Origin: Planctomycetota bacterium
GTDB taxonomy: Bacteria; Planctomycetota; UBA8742; UBA2392
NCBI GenBank assembly: GCA_020638635.1
Contig: JACKIE010000001.1
Location: 305,906 to 369,905, forward strand
DNA: 64,000 nt
Reading direction: 5' to 3'
The notes beneath the pieces were generated by a model, which worked only from the letters and a program-made list of their open reading frames with translations, searched no databases and had not been told where the DNA came from. The position numbers and the translations under genes were made by a program. Of the stretch, positions 55,846 to 64,000 are shown piece by piece; positions within the stretch are counted from its first letter, which is position 1, and each line of letters opens with the position of its first letter.

Positions 55846-57315
55846 CTACTCAACGGACATCCACCAGCTCAGGCGATACTCTGCGGCGTAGGGCCAGGTG
55901 CTGACGCCGCCGTCATCCTTCTTCTGCCCGGCGATTTCCTGGTAGATCTTCTTGGCCTCATCGCGCTTGCCCTCAAGCTCAAGCTTCACGGCCTCGAACA
56001 GCTTCTCTTTGCGGGCCTGGTCGCGTTTGGCGGGACCGTAGGTCTTGAGGGTTTCCAGCGTCTGGGCGTAGTTCTTCTTCTTGTACCAGTCCAGCTCGCC
56101 GAAGGCTTCCTGCATCGCCTTCAATCGCTGCCAGTGCCAGGTGTTGGGCCAGAAGTCGGCTTTGATGCTCTTCTGGATCGAGGCGTCGAGGCGCTCGAGT
56201 TCGGACTTCACGTACTTCTCGAACTCTTTCATGAAATCCTTCAGCTCGCGCTTCTCCTTGGTCTTGATGTTCTTGTCGTTGAGCACGTTGTTGCCGCGCT
56301 CCCATGCCAGTTTCCAGTCTTCGCTTTTTGCGTAGGCGATCACCTCGTTCGCCCAGGGGTCCTTGTGCTCGCTCCAGGGCAAATCGTCGGCCGCGGTCTT
56401 GGTGCCCAGGTAGCGGCTTTCGTCGGGCGGGTATTCCTCAGCGCCCGGGCCGCCCAGGCGGTTGATCGCCGCGCGGTGGATCTGGATCAAGCGCTCGGGC
56501 TCGGCCGTCATGAAGTCGGCCTTGAAGATGTGGTACTCGGCGGGCACGCCGCGGGCCATCAGCTTGTTGGCGAAGGCCGCGGGTGAACGCTTCTTTTCCT
56601 TTTCGTCGATGCCCTCGACGTCCCAGTCCATTACCGAGAACACCGTGGGAACGGGCGGCGCGGCCTCGGCGTCGAAGCCCCACATTGGGCCATCGTAGAG
56701 GCAGGCGCGGAAGGGAAAAGCGTCCGGGTCGTCCTCCCACAGTTGTCTTGCCCACGCCACGGCCTCGTCGTTGGCGCCCCGCCCGCCGAACAGGAAGACG
56801 CGCTGCGGGTCCACGGGCTGGTCGGTCATCACTTTCTTGAGCAGCCAGCCGAAGGCCTCCTGCAGCTTCTCGGGCTCGACCAGCGGCTCGATCACGCTGA
56901 TGTCCTCGTTGATGGCGCGCTCGGCCGAGTACTGCAGCGAAGCCAGAAGCAGCGGGTCGCGCCCGGAGGAAAGGCGGGCGGCGCTCTTGAGATCGTCGGC
57001 GGTCTCGTAGCCGCTGCCGTTGAGGGCGATCACCAGGGCATACTTGCGCGACTTGTCGAGGCCGATGGGCGTGGACAGGAAGGCCTTGAGTTTATCGCAG
57101 CCTTCGACCTCGACCTTGAACTCGGTCTGCTTCTGCTCAGAGACGTTGAGGCGCGACTTGTCCGAGCCGCCGCTGCCGGCCTGGGGCAGCAGCAGCGCCG
57201 AGTCGGCCCTGGTGCGCTCGAGGATTTTCGCCCCCGGCTGGGCCTCTTCGTCCTGGGCGGCGATCGCGCCCGTCAGCAGGGCGAACAGCGCCGCCCCCAT
57301 CAAAGTCTTGCGCAT
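55846..57315 (-). CDS. paralogue of the 54234-55709 hydrolase lacking catalytic signatures
   Basis: Same architecture and C-terminal YRLSWWM ending. GFSWG is replaced by GGRGA, FHGNG by LNGSG and MGHAV by ADFMT. Confidence 0.65.
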   Translation of the reverse strand: MRKTLMGAALFALLTGAIAAQDEEAQPGAKILERTRADSALLLPQAGSGGSDKSRLNVSEQKQTEFKVEVEGCDKLKAFLSTPIGLDKSRKYALVIALNGSGYETADDLKSAARLSSGRDPLLLASLQYSAERAINEDISVIEPLVEPEKLQEAFGWLLKKVMTDQPVDPQRVFLFGGRGANDEAVAWARQLWEDDPDAFPFRACLYDGPMWGFDAEAAPPVPTVFSVMDWDVEGIDEKEKKRSPAAFANKLMARGVPAEYHIFKADFMTAEPERLIQIHRAAINRLGGPGAEEYPPDESRYLGTKTAADDLPWSEHKDPWANEVIAYAKSEDWKLAWERGNNVLNDKNIKTKEKRELKDFMKEFEKYVKSELERLDASIQKSIKADFWPNTWHWQRLKAMQEAFGELDWYKKKNYAQTLETLKTYGPAKRDQARKEKLFEAVKLELEGKRDEAKKIYQEIAGQKKDDGGVSTWPYAAEYRLSWWMSVE

Positions 57316-57441
57316 GGAAATCTCCTGCCTCGATGCAACCCGGGGATTCGAACTCGGGGCTCAGCTATGAGCCTGATTATCTATCAACGAACACGCACGG
57401 CCAGTGTTGTGACGAAATTCTTGAGGCTGGGTTCCGGATTA

Positions 57442-58398
57442 CTACGGGATACGCGAGGCCAGTTTCGGACTGGGGTAGTCGGCCAGCCAGGCGGTAAGTT
57501 CCGCGTCGCTGGGCCGATTGGAGGGCTTGATTAGTTGGACCGCGGCCAGCAGCAGCACCGGCGCCACCACGAAGCAGCTGGAGATGAACAGCTTGCGCAC
57601 CTCGGGCGCGTCGAACTCGACGCCCGGCTCCGGCTGGTAGGACCAGCCCAGCCACGCCATCACGCCCAGGTTGAACAGCAGGATGCCCCCCCAGAACAGC
57701 GGCGCGAACAGGCCCTTGGCCGGCACATAGGGCAGTGTCACGGCTTTGCCGCTTGCCAGCTCGCGCGCGGCCATCAGGGCATCCACGCGTTGGTTGATGA
57801 AGATGATGACCCAGCCCACCACGAACCAGCCCGCGTAATTGGCCATCGTCACGCTGAAGTGATAGCCCGGAGAAGGGTAGTGGTAGATGTCGCCCAGGAA
57901 CCAGTGACGGCCGAGATGCGCCACGGGATCAACCACCACGTCGATGAGGGTCATCAGCGCGGCACCCAAGAACAGCGTGGCGGGCGAATTGCGTATGCCG
58001 CGCGAGGTGACGCGCTGGTAATCAAAGCCGCGCCGCCACAGTGGCGACATGAAGAACTGGGCGAAAGAGAAGCTGACGTAACTCAGGAAGGCGAACGACA
58101 AACTGTCAAAGAACGGCACGCCGAAAATGGTCAGGTCGTTGGCCAGCACGTCGTGGTGATAGACGTAGTAGCCGAAGGGCACGCGGATGTCCGGGTTCAC
58201 GCTGGCCCACTCGGCCGCCAGGGCCACCAGGTAGCCGCTGACCAGCCAGATCAGTGTGCGCAGCTTGCCCTGCTCCATCCAGCTGAAGGCCAGGAAGGCC
58301 AGCAGGAAGATGAACACATAGGGCCGGTGTGTGATGCTGTAGAAGAGTGCAGACACTGTGGGTCCTGTGGGACTAGTGGGACACATGATAGGTCCCAC
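57442..58398 (-). CDS. polytopic membrane protein (possibly DUF422/carotenoid-biosynthesis-protein-like)
   Basis: About 7 hydrophobic helices. The start is uncertain: ATG 58398 lies inside a hairpin, and GTG 58356 (VSALFYSITH) is more plausible. Confidence 0.5.
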   Translation of the reverse strand: MGPIMCPTSPTGPTVSALFYSITHRPYVFIFLLAFLAFSWMEQGKLRTLIWLVSGYLVALAAEWASVNPDIRVPFGYYVYHHDVLANDLTIFGVPFFDSLSFAFLSYVSFSFAQFFMSPLWRRGFDYQRVTSRGIRNSPATLFLGAALMTLIDVVVDPVAHLGRHWFLGDIYHYPSPGYHFSVTMANYAGWFVVGWVIIFINQRVDALMAARELASGKAVTLPYVPAKGLFAPLFWGGILLFNLGVMAWLGWSYQPEPGVEFDAPEVRKLFISSCFVVAPVLLLAAVQLIKPSNRPSDAELTAWLADYPSPKLASRIP

Positions 58399-58416
58399 CT
58401 GTCATACCTGTCCCAC
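58358..58416. repeat. nonamer-array hairpin (GTGGGACNN)3
   Basis: Arm 58358-58383 (GTGGGTCCTGTGGGACTAGTGGGACA) against 58391-58416. 18 of 26 positions are complementary, with a 7-nt loop. Confidence 0.65.
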
Positions 58417-58421
58417 TTGTC

Positions 58422-60305
58422 CTACTCCTTTTTCATCTCGACGCCCAGTTCCTTCAACAGCAGCGGCTCGACCTCGTTGGGGGTGTCGATCATCAGGTCG
58501 CGGCCGGTGGCGGACTTGGGGAACGCGATCACGTCGGCGATGTTGTCGAGGCCGAGCAACAGCATCAGGAAGCGGTCCACGCCGGATGCGATGCCGCCGT
58601 GGGGCGGCGCGCCGTGGGCGAGCGCGGACATCAGGAAGCCGAACTTCTTCTCGGCCTCTTCCTTGGTGATGCCGATCAGCTCGAACACGTCGGCCTGCCA
58701 GTCGGTGCGGTGCATGCGGATGCTGCCGCCGGCGATCTCGATGCCGTTGATCACCAGGTCGTACTGGTTGTTACGCAGGGCCAGTACGTCCTCGAGCTTC
58801 ACGCCGCCGCGCAGCATGCGCGCGACCGGGTGCGGCTCGTGGCCCTTGCGGCTGATCTCGGCCATCTCGGCCACGCGCCTGGCGTCTTGCGGCAGGGTAA
58901 ACGGGTGATGGCTGGCGAACAGCTTCTCGTCTTCTTCGCGGTATTCGAATAGCGGGAAGTCCACCACCCAGCTGATCGCGAACTTGCTGTTGTCGCTAAG
59001 GCCAAGCTTGTCGGCGATCAGCAGCCGCATGTTGTGCATCACCGCGTGCACCACCTTGTGCTTCTCGTGGGCGCAGATCAGCAGCAGGTCGCCGGGTTGC
59101 GCGCCGAAGGCGGCGATCATCGCCTGCTGCTCGGCCTCGGGGATGAACTTGGCGATGCCGCCCTCCAACCCGGCCGCGGTCACCTTCAGGTTCGCCAGTC
59201 CGGCAGCGCCCATGCCCTTGGCGTCGCGCTCGAGGTTCTTGAGCTGGCCGGTACTAAACTGCTCGGCCATGCCGGGGCAGCGCAGGCCCTTCACCAGCCC
59301 CTGCTTTTCGGCCACGCCCTTGAAGGCGTTGAAGCTGCAACCCGCAGCCCACTGCGTCAGGTCGGTGAGTTTAAGGTCGCGCGATCTTAAGTCCGGCCGG
59401 TCGATGCTGTAGTCGCGCATGGCCTGCTCGTAGCTCATGCGCTCAAAGGGCGGGGTGACGCTGCTTTCGCTCAGCACCGGCCAGGACTGGTCTTTAAAAC
59501 GCTTGTCCTCGCGCAGGGCCTTGAACACGGCCGCGACGACTTTCTCGAACAGCGCCATCACCTCGTCGCGGTTGACGAAGCTCATCTCGATGTCGATCTG
59601 GGTGAACTCGGGCTGGCGGTCGGCGCGCTTGTCCTCGTCGCGGAAGCAGCGGGCGACCTGGAAGTAACGGTCCAGGCCGCTGATCATGCAGAGTTGCTTG
59701 AACAGCTGCGGCGACTGCGGCAGCGCGTAAAACTGGCCGCGGTGGGCGCGGCTGGGCACGATGAAGTCGCGCGCGCCTTCGGGCGTGCGCTTGTACAGGA
59801 TGGGCGTCTCGACGTCGAGGAAGCCCTCGGCCTCGAGCGTGGCGCGGGCGGCGGAAATCAGCTTGGCGCGGGCCTGCAGCATGGCCTGCATGGGGCGACG
59901 GCGCAGGTCAATGAAGCGATGCTTTAAGCGCAACTCGGGGTCGCATTTCAAATCGTCGCGCACTTCGATGGCGGGCGTCACCGCCGTGTTGAGAATCTCG
60001 AAGCTCTCGACGGCGATCTCGATCTCGCCGGTGGCGATGGTGGTAGTCTTGTTTTCCTTGTCGCGCTCGCGCACCTTGCCGGTGGCCGACAGCACGAACT
60101 CACCGCGCGCTTCACGAGTGGCCTGCAGCAACTCCGGGTTGATTTCCTCGGCGAAGGTCAGCTGCACCTTGCCTGCCACGTCGCGCAGCAGGATGAACGC
60201 CACGCCGCCGCGGTCGCGCTTGGTGTCCACCCAGCCGCAGACCGTGACGGTCTGGCCGACGTGTTCCTTGCCAAGGTCTCCACAGCGGTGGGTTCGGGTT
60301 TTCAT
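58422..60305 (-). CDS. aspS: aspartate--tRNA ligase
   Basis: Start at MKTRTHRCGDLGKEHVGQTVTVCGWV. FILLRD, FRDEDKRADRQPEFTQID and GGSIRMH motifs. Confidence 0.95.
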   Translation of the reverse strand: MKTRTHRCGDLGKEHVGQTVTVCGWVDTKRDRGGVAFILLRDVAGKVQLTFAEEINPELLQATREARGEFVLSATGKVRERDKENKTTTIATGEIEIAVESFEILNTAVTPAIEVRDDLKCDPELRLKHRFIDLRRRPMQAMLQARAKLISAARATLEAEGFLDVETPILYKRTPEGARDFIVPSRAHRGQFYALPQSPQLFKQLCMISGLDRYFQVARCFRDEDKRADRQPEFTQIDIEMSFVNRDEVMALFEKVVAAVFKALREDKRFKDQSWPVLSESSVTPPFERMSYEQAMRDYSIDRPDLRSRDLKLTDLTQWAAGCSFNAFKGVAEKQGLVKGLRCPGMAEQFSTGQLKNLERDAKGMGAAGLANLKVTAAGLEGGIAKFIPEAEQQAMIAAFGAQPGDLLLICAHEKHKVVHAVMHNMRLLIADKLGLSDNSKFAISWVVDFPLFEYREEDEKLFASHHPFTLPQDARRVAEMAEISRKGHEPHPVARMLRGGVKLEDVLALRNNQYDLVINGIEIAGGSIRMHRTDWQADVFELIGITKEEAEKKFGFLMSALAHGAPPHGGIASGVDRFLMLLLGLDNIADVIAFPKSATGRDLMIDTPNEVEPLLLKELGVEMKKE

Positions 60306-60347
60306 CACGGCTCCTGTCATGGCAGGGTGGCCAGCGGCCAGTGTTCC

Positions 60348-60397
60348 GTGGTCAGTCATAATTCCCTGATCGCACCGGACCACTTGCCACTGACCAC
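60348..60397. repeat. intergenic hairpin with GTGGNCAG-type repeats
   Basis: GTGGTCAGT (60348-60356) pairs perfectly with ACTGACCAC (60389-60397). The related words GTGGCCAGC and GGCCAGTG lie just upstream. Confidence 0.5.
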
Positions 60398-60400
60398 TTC

Positions 60401-62689
60401 TCAGTCAACCAACGTTTCGGGGTCGTCCTTTGATGCGGCCTTCTTGTCGCCGGGCAGCTTTTCCGATTCGCCCAGGAAATCATTGGCGTTGATGACGTCG
60501 CTTTCATTGCCGGCGCGTGCCGCTGCTTCGCGCGCTTTGCGGGTGGGCGGCGGCGGAGTGAAGAAGGCGTAGTCTTCATCCAGCACGAAATCTTCTTCCT
60601 CGTCGTCATCGCCCGCGAGCTTGACCGTGGGGTTGTCGCCGATGGTCGGTGGCTCTTCCTTCTTTTCCCGCAGTTCGGACTGCAGTTGCTTCATCATCGC
60701 GGGCGGCATGGCGACCGTGTCACCGCCCGGGCCCTCGGCCATGTCCTCGAGCGATTTGCGCTCGCGGTTTTCGGCCAGCAGCTTGGGCTTGCCGGTGGCC
60801 TTTTCGCTTTCGGGCTGTGGCGCCCGGCCGGTTTCGTCATCCTCGGGCGCCGGGCGCGAGAGCTTGGCGTCGTCGGGCTTGGGGATGAACATGGTTTTAG
60901 CGCCGGGCACGATGGGTTGGTCCATGTCGGGCGGCGGCACGTGCACGGTCTGTGCGCCCTGGGGCAGGGGCGTCAGGTTCTTCTTGTCGGTGATCTTGCC
61001 GGTTTCGCGGCGGCGCTTCATCAGCTTGCGCGTCTTGCGCGGCTTGAATGCGCGGTCCGCCGTGGCGCCTTCGCGGGACGGCGGCGGCGGCGTCGCATGC
61101 TCGTACTCCGGCACGTCTTCAACGGTCGCGCCCTGTTGCTCGGCGTCCGTACCGGTTTCCTCGGCAGCTTCCCCGGTTTGTCCGTCTGCCTCTTCGACTG
61201 CTTCCTCGACTTCTTCTGGTTCAACTGCTTCTTCGACCGCTTCCTCGGAAATCGCGGTGGTGCCGCCCAACATCGAGGTGTTCACTCCGGCCGGCTCGTC
61301 CTCTGCTTCTTCGGCACCGGACCCGTCCTCCCGGTTCACCTCGACGGGCGGGGCAGGTTCCTCATCGATCAGGTCGATTTCTGAATCGTCGGAGAGTCCA
61401 ACTTTGGCGGCCGCGCCACCAAAGCTGACTTCTTCACCCGCCTCTTCTTCCGCGCCGTCGGCCGAAGGGTCACCGAAGTCGATGTCTCCAAATCGCCCCG
61501 AGACGCTGCCACCCAGGTATTCGGTGATCTGGTCGTCCGTGAGCTCTTCCTCGTCGGACGCGACCGGCGTGTCGGAACGGGGCGCAACCACGCCGATCTG
61601 CGGTTCGGTTTCGATTTCTTCCTGTGCCGGCGTGGCATCGGGCTTCACGGACGCGGTGGGGATCTTCAACAGGGCGGCTTCTTCGGCCTCTTCCTGTTCG
61701 ATCTGCTTCTGGCGATCCTGCAGCGCCGGGCGTTCCAGCCTGACAGTGGGCATGCCCAGGCGCGGCGGAGGCGCTTCTTCCGCCGCATCGCCGGGCGGCA
61801 TGTCGCCCGCTATCGGCGGAGGGGGCTGGAAGGCCGCCGGCTCGGGAATCACGGGCTCGCGCGAGGTGCGTCCGGTTTCGTCCAGCCCGTCTTCGGGCTG
61901 CGCTGCCCGGCGAGGCGGCAACGGACGAACCGGAGCAGGACGCTGCGGTGCCGGGCTCGCGCCGGGCGCGGAGAAGTTACCCAACTCATCGATGTCCGCG
62001 GATGGCATCGGCGGCGGAGGCGCTTTGCCGGGCTGCGCCCCGCCGCGGGTCGGCGGCGGGATGGTAACGCGTTTCTCCTTCGCCGGCTCAGCACCTGACG
62101 GCTTCTCCCACGGCGCTTCCACGATACCTGTCGTGCGCTTCTTGCCCGGCACGCGAGCCTGCGGCTGCGCTGGGGCCGGAGCCTTTTGTTCCAGGTCCTT
62201 GGGGCTGTCGGCAAAATCCGAGGGCTTGATTTCGGGTGGAGGCTCCGCCGGGCCGCTCTGGGTTTCCGGATCAACCTTGTCCATGGCCAGCACGGTGGCC
62301 TCGGCTTCAAAGAAGCGTTCACGTGCATTGGTGCGAATCAGCCCGCGCGGCATGCTGTGGCCCGGCGGCTCGATTGCGTTGACCGGCGGCTCCGCGTCGT
62401 AGAAGGTCAGGCGCGATTCCCCGATGCGGAACTTGGCGCCGTCGGTCAGGGGCGCAATCACGCCGCGACGCAAGCGCTGGTTGTTGATCCAGGTACCGCC
62501 CGAACTGCCCAGGTCGCGCATGAAGGCGTTGCCGCGGCTGTCGATGAAAACCTGGGTGTGCAGGCGCGATACCTTCATGTCGCGCAACTGCACGTCGGCT
62601 TTGGGAAGACGTCCGAATACGTAGTCGATGCGCCCCACGAAACGCAGGAGCATGGTGTCCGGCCCTAGTTTGATTTCGAGGTATGGCAT
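60401..62689 (-). CDS. FHA-domain protein with ~650-aa Pro/Glu/Ala-rich disordered region
   Basis: Start at MPYLEIKL. FHA signature GR....D..L.D..VSRLH, then NGTWINNQRL-like segment (SSGGTWINNQRL). Confidence 0.75.
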   Translation of the reverse strand: MPYLEIKLGPDTMLLRFVGRIDYVFGRLPKADVQLRDMKVSRLHTQVFIDSRGNAFMRDLGSSGGTWINNQRLRRGVIAPLTDGAKFRIGESRLTFYDAEPPVNAIEPPGHSMPRGLIRTNARERFFEAEATVLAMDKVDPETQSGPAEPPPEIKPSDFADSPKDLEQKAPAPAQPQARVPGKKRTTGIVEAPWEKPSGAEPAKEKRVTIPPPTRGGAQPGKAPPPPMPSADIDELGNFSAPGASPAPQRPAPVRPLPPRRAAQPEDGLDETGRTSREPVIPEPAAFQPPPPIAGDMPPGDAAEEAPPPRLGMPTVRLERPALQDRQKQIEQEEAEEAALLKIPTASVKPDATPAQEEIETEPQIGVVAPRSDTPVASDEEELTDDQITEYLGGSVSGRFGDIDFGDPSADGAEEEAGEEVSFGGAAAKVGLSDDSEIDLIDEEPAPPVEVNREDGSGAEEAEDEPAGVNTSMLGGTTAISEEAVEEAVEPEEVEEAVEEADGQTGEAAEETGTDAEQQGATVEDVPEYEHATPPPPSREGATADRAFKPRKTRKLMKRRRETGKITDKKNLTPLPQGAQTVHVPPPDMDQPIVPGAKTMFIPKPDDAKLSRPAPEDDETGRAPQPESEKATGKPKLLAENRERKSLEDMAEGPGGDTVAMPPAMMKQLQSELREKKEEPPTIGDNPTVKLAGDDDEEEDFVLDEDYAFFTPPPPTRKAREAAARAGNESDVINANDFLGESEKLPGDKKAASKDDPETLVD

Positions 62690-62788
62690 GGCGTTACCGC
62701 GTTTCGTCACGAAACACGGATGTTCCCCACAGGCTTCGAACCAAAACAGACTTACCGTTTAGCCAAGATGCACCCAAATACAAGGCGG

Positions 62789-64000
62789 CTACTGTGCCTG
62801 GACACTGAAGGTGACCGGCGCTGAACTCGCCTGTGACGCGGGCAGATGCTGCACTCGGACGATGTAAGTGCCCGCACCAAGGCTGACCGTCACTGTCTTG
62901 TCTGCCGTGTCACCAACGTGTTGCGCAATGATGTTACGCGACAGGTCGTGCAGGGAAAGGTCCAGTCGGTGCGCCGCCGGATCGTAAGCGCCGGTGGTGT
63001 TTGTCACATCAATGGTCACGGTTTGAGGCGCCGCCAGCTCCAGCCGCCACACACCGTTCGCCTGCGGGCCCAGCACCGGGTTAGGGTCTGCGCCCGACCA
63101 GGCATCCAGCGCGCCGTTGGTCGCCGCCGCTCCTACAATCAGCACAGCCGGGAAGCCATCGCCGCCCGTGGGAGGAAACGCGGCGCCCTGCGCGGTCATG
63201 ATGGTGTTGGCATCCCCCACGGTCAGGTGCGCGTCGTCAACCAGTTCCTGCAGCAGGCTCGCCATCCAGGCGACTTCGTAGGGTGCGGCGCGGGTCTTCA
63301 GGTCGGTGAAGCTGCCCAGGAAGTCAGCCAGCGCTACATTGGCTGGGTCGGCGTCATTGTCGGTCGGGCCGCCTGTGCCGCCATCAAGCAGGTCCCAGGT
63401 CGCCCGGGTGACCCGGAACTCGTTGCCATAGCCCGCGCCGCTGCCCGGCACGATGCCGGACTCGCAATCGAATTCGAACTGCATGCTGCTGCCGCCGCCA
63501 ACGTAGCCACGGGTATCGCGGTACACGCGCTGGCCAAGGAGCGCGCAGCCGATGGCGGTCACCACGCCCTCGCTGTAGCTGGCGCTGAAAAGCAGCTCTT
63601 CGCCGAAGTGCACGCCGCCGAAGTTGTTGTCGCGGCTTTGGGTGAGTTGCAGGAAGCTGGCCCATTCGTGGGCGATCACCGTCTCGTCGAACTCGTCATG
63701 GTCGCTGTTCAGCAGATCCGCGGCCGTGCCGCCCAGCAGGTAGATGGAAGGATTGCCGCCAGGGCCATCGAGATCCGTGCCGGTGGCGAGCGTGATGGTC
63801 TGCCCGCCGCCGTCCTTGAGCCAGCGGGTGCCGGCGTTGCCCATGCCCCAGAATAAATCGAGCGGACCCAAGGCCGGAATCGTACAGGCGGCGCGCAGGC
63901 GCCGTGCGGTGTCCAGAACGGCGAAGGCGCCCGCTCGGTTGGATGCATCCGCAGCCGCGTGCAGGTTGACGACCTGGCTGCCGGCCGCGCGGTTCAGGAC
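62789..64000 (-). CDS. secreted protein with PPC-like C-terminal beta-sandwich, possible peptidase. 5' end outside the window.
   Basis: The frame stays open from 63871 to 64000 (I translated it and found no stop). C-terminal VTIDVTNTTG...GTYIVRVQHL resembles pre-peptidase C-terminal domains. AHEWASF is only a partial HExxH-like site. Confidence 0.5.
   Translation of the reverse strand, partial: VLNRAAGSQVVNLHAAADASNRAGAFAVLDTARRLRAACTIPALGPLDLFWGMGNAGTRWLKDGGGQTITLATGTDLDGPGGNPSIYLLGGTAADLLNSDHDEFDETVIAHEWASFLQLTQSRDNNFGGVHFGEELLFSASYSEGVVTAIGCALLGQRVYRDTRGYVGGGSSMQFEFDCESGIVPGSGAGYGNEFRVTRATWDLLDGGTGGPTDNDADPANVALADFLGSFTDLKTRAAPYEVAWMASLLQELVDDAHLTVGDANTIMTAQGAAFPPTGGDGFPAVLIVGAAATNGALDAWSGADPNPVLGPQANGVWRLELAAPQTVTIDVTNTTGAYDPAAHRLDLSLHDLSRNIIAQHVGDTADKTVTVSLGAGTYIVRVQHLPASQASSAPVTFSVQAQ

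Noticed and set aside
57338-57362. GGGGATTCGAACTCGGGG, which resembles a tRNA T-arm (TTCGAA).
   Set aside because: The flanking segments are direct rather than complementary (CCGGGG / CTCGGGG). No acceptor, D or anticodon arms could be built on either strand.

Overview
This is a 64-kb chromosomal window from a high-GC diderm bacterium (roughly two-thirds G+C by eye; lpxA and an OprO/P-like porin are present). The lineage cannot be fixed from the sequence alone. About 50 genes are supportable, most on the minus strand.

Housekeeping genes I recognise: gyrA, glyQS, tilS, alr, lpxA, mnmG, birA, dxr, citrate synthase, pyrH, frr and aspS.

Accessory content:
- a sensor kinase / response regulator / REC-PAS-GGDEF-EAL operon
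- a secreted caspase-like protease fused to Tudor/Agenet-like domains
- FG-GAP and PA14 surface proteins
- a dynamin-like GTPase followed by a TPR protein
- a ParE-type toxin-antitoxin pair
- a PAS-module / flavodoxin operon
- tandem esterase paralogues
- one RAYT/IS200-like transposase

No rRNA, tRNA, CRISPR array or prophage was found by eye.

Observations most worth a second look:
1. A class of long imperfect hairpins whose arms are tandem 7-9-nt repeats. Each locus has a different repeat word. They almost fill the spacers between adjacent genes, and one copy sits in frame inside mnmG.
2. A divergent MreB-like actin-fold ATPase with a ~365-aa acidic, internally repetitive N-terminal extension and conserved-looking small neighbours.
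3. A ~145-bp REPIN/MITE-like element present three times, and separately a RAYT gene bracketed by perfect 26-nt inverted hairpin repeats.
4. An in-frame TGA splitting an FG-GAP repeat protein (pseudogene or recoding).
5. AT-rich and low-GC tracts around a Sel1 gene and inside glyQS.

Everything was read by eye. No database search, folding calculation or statistic was run.
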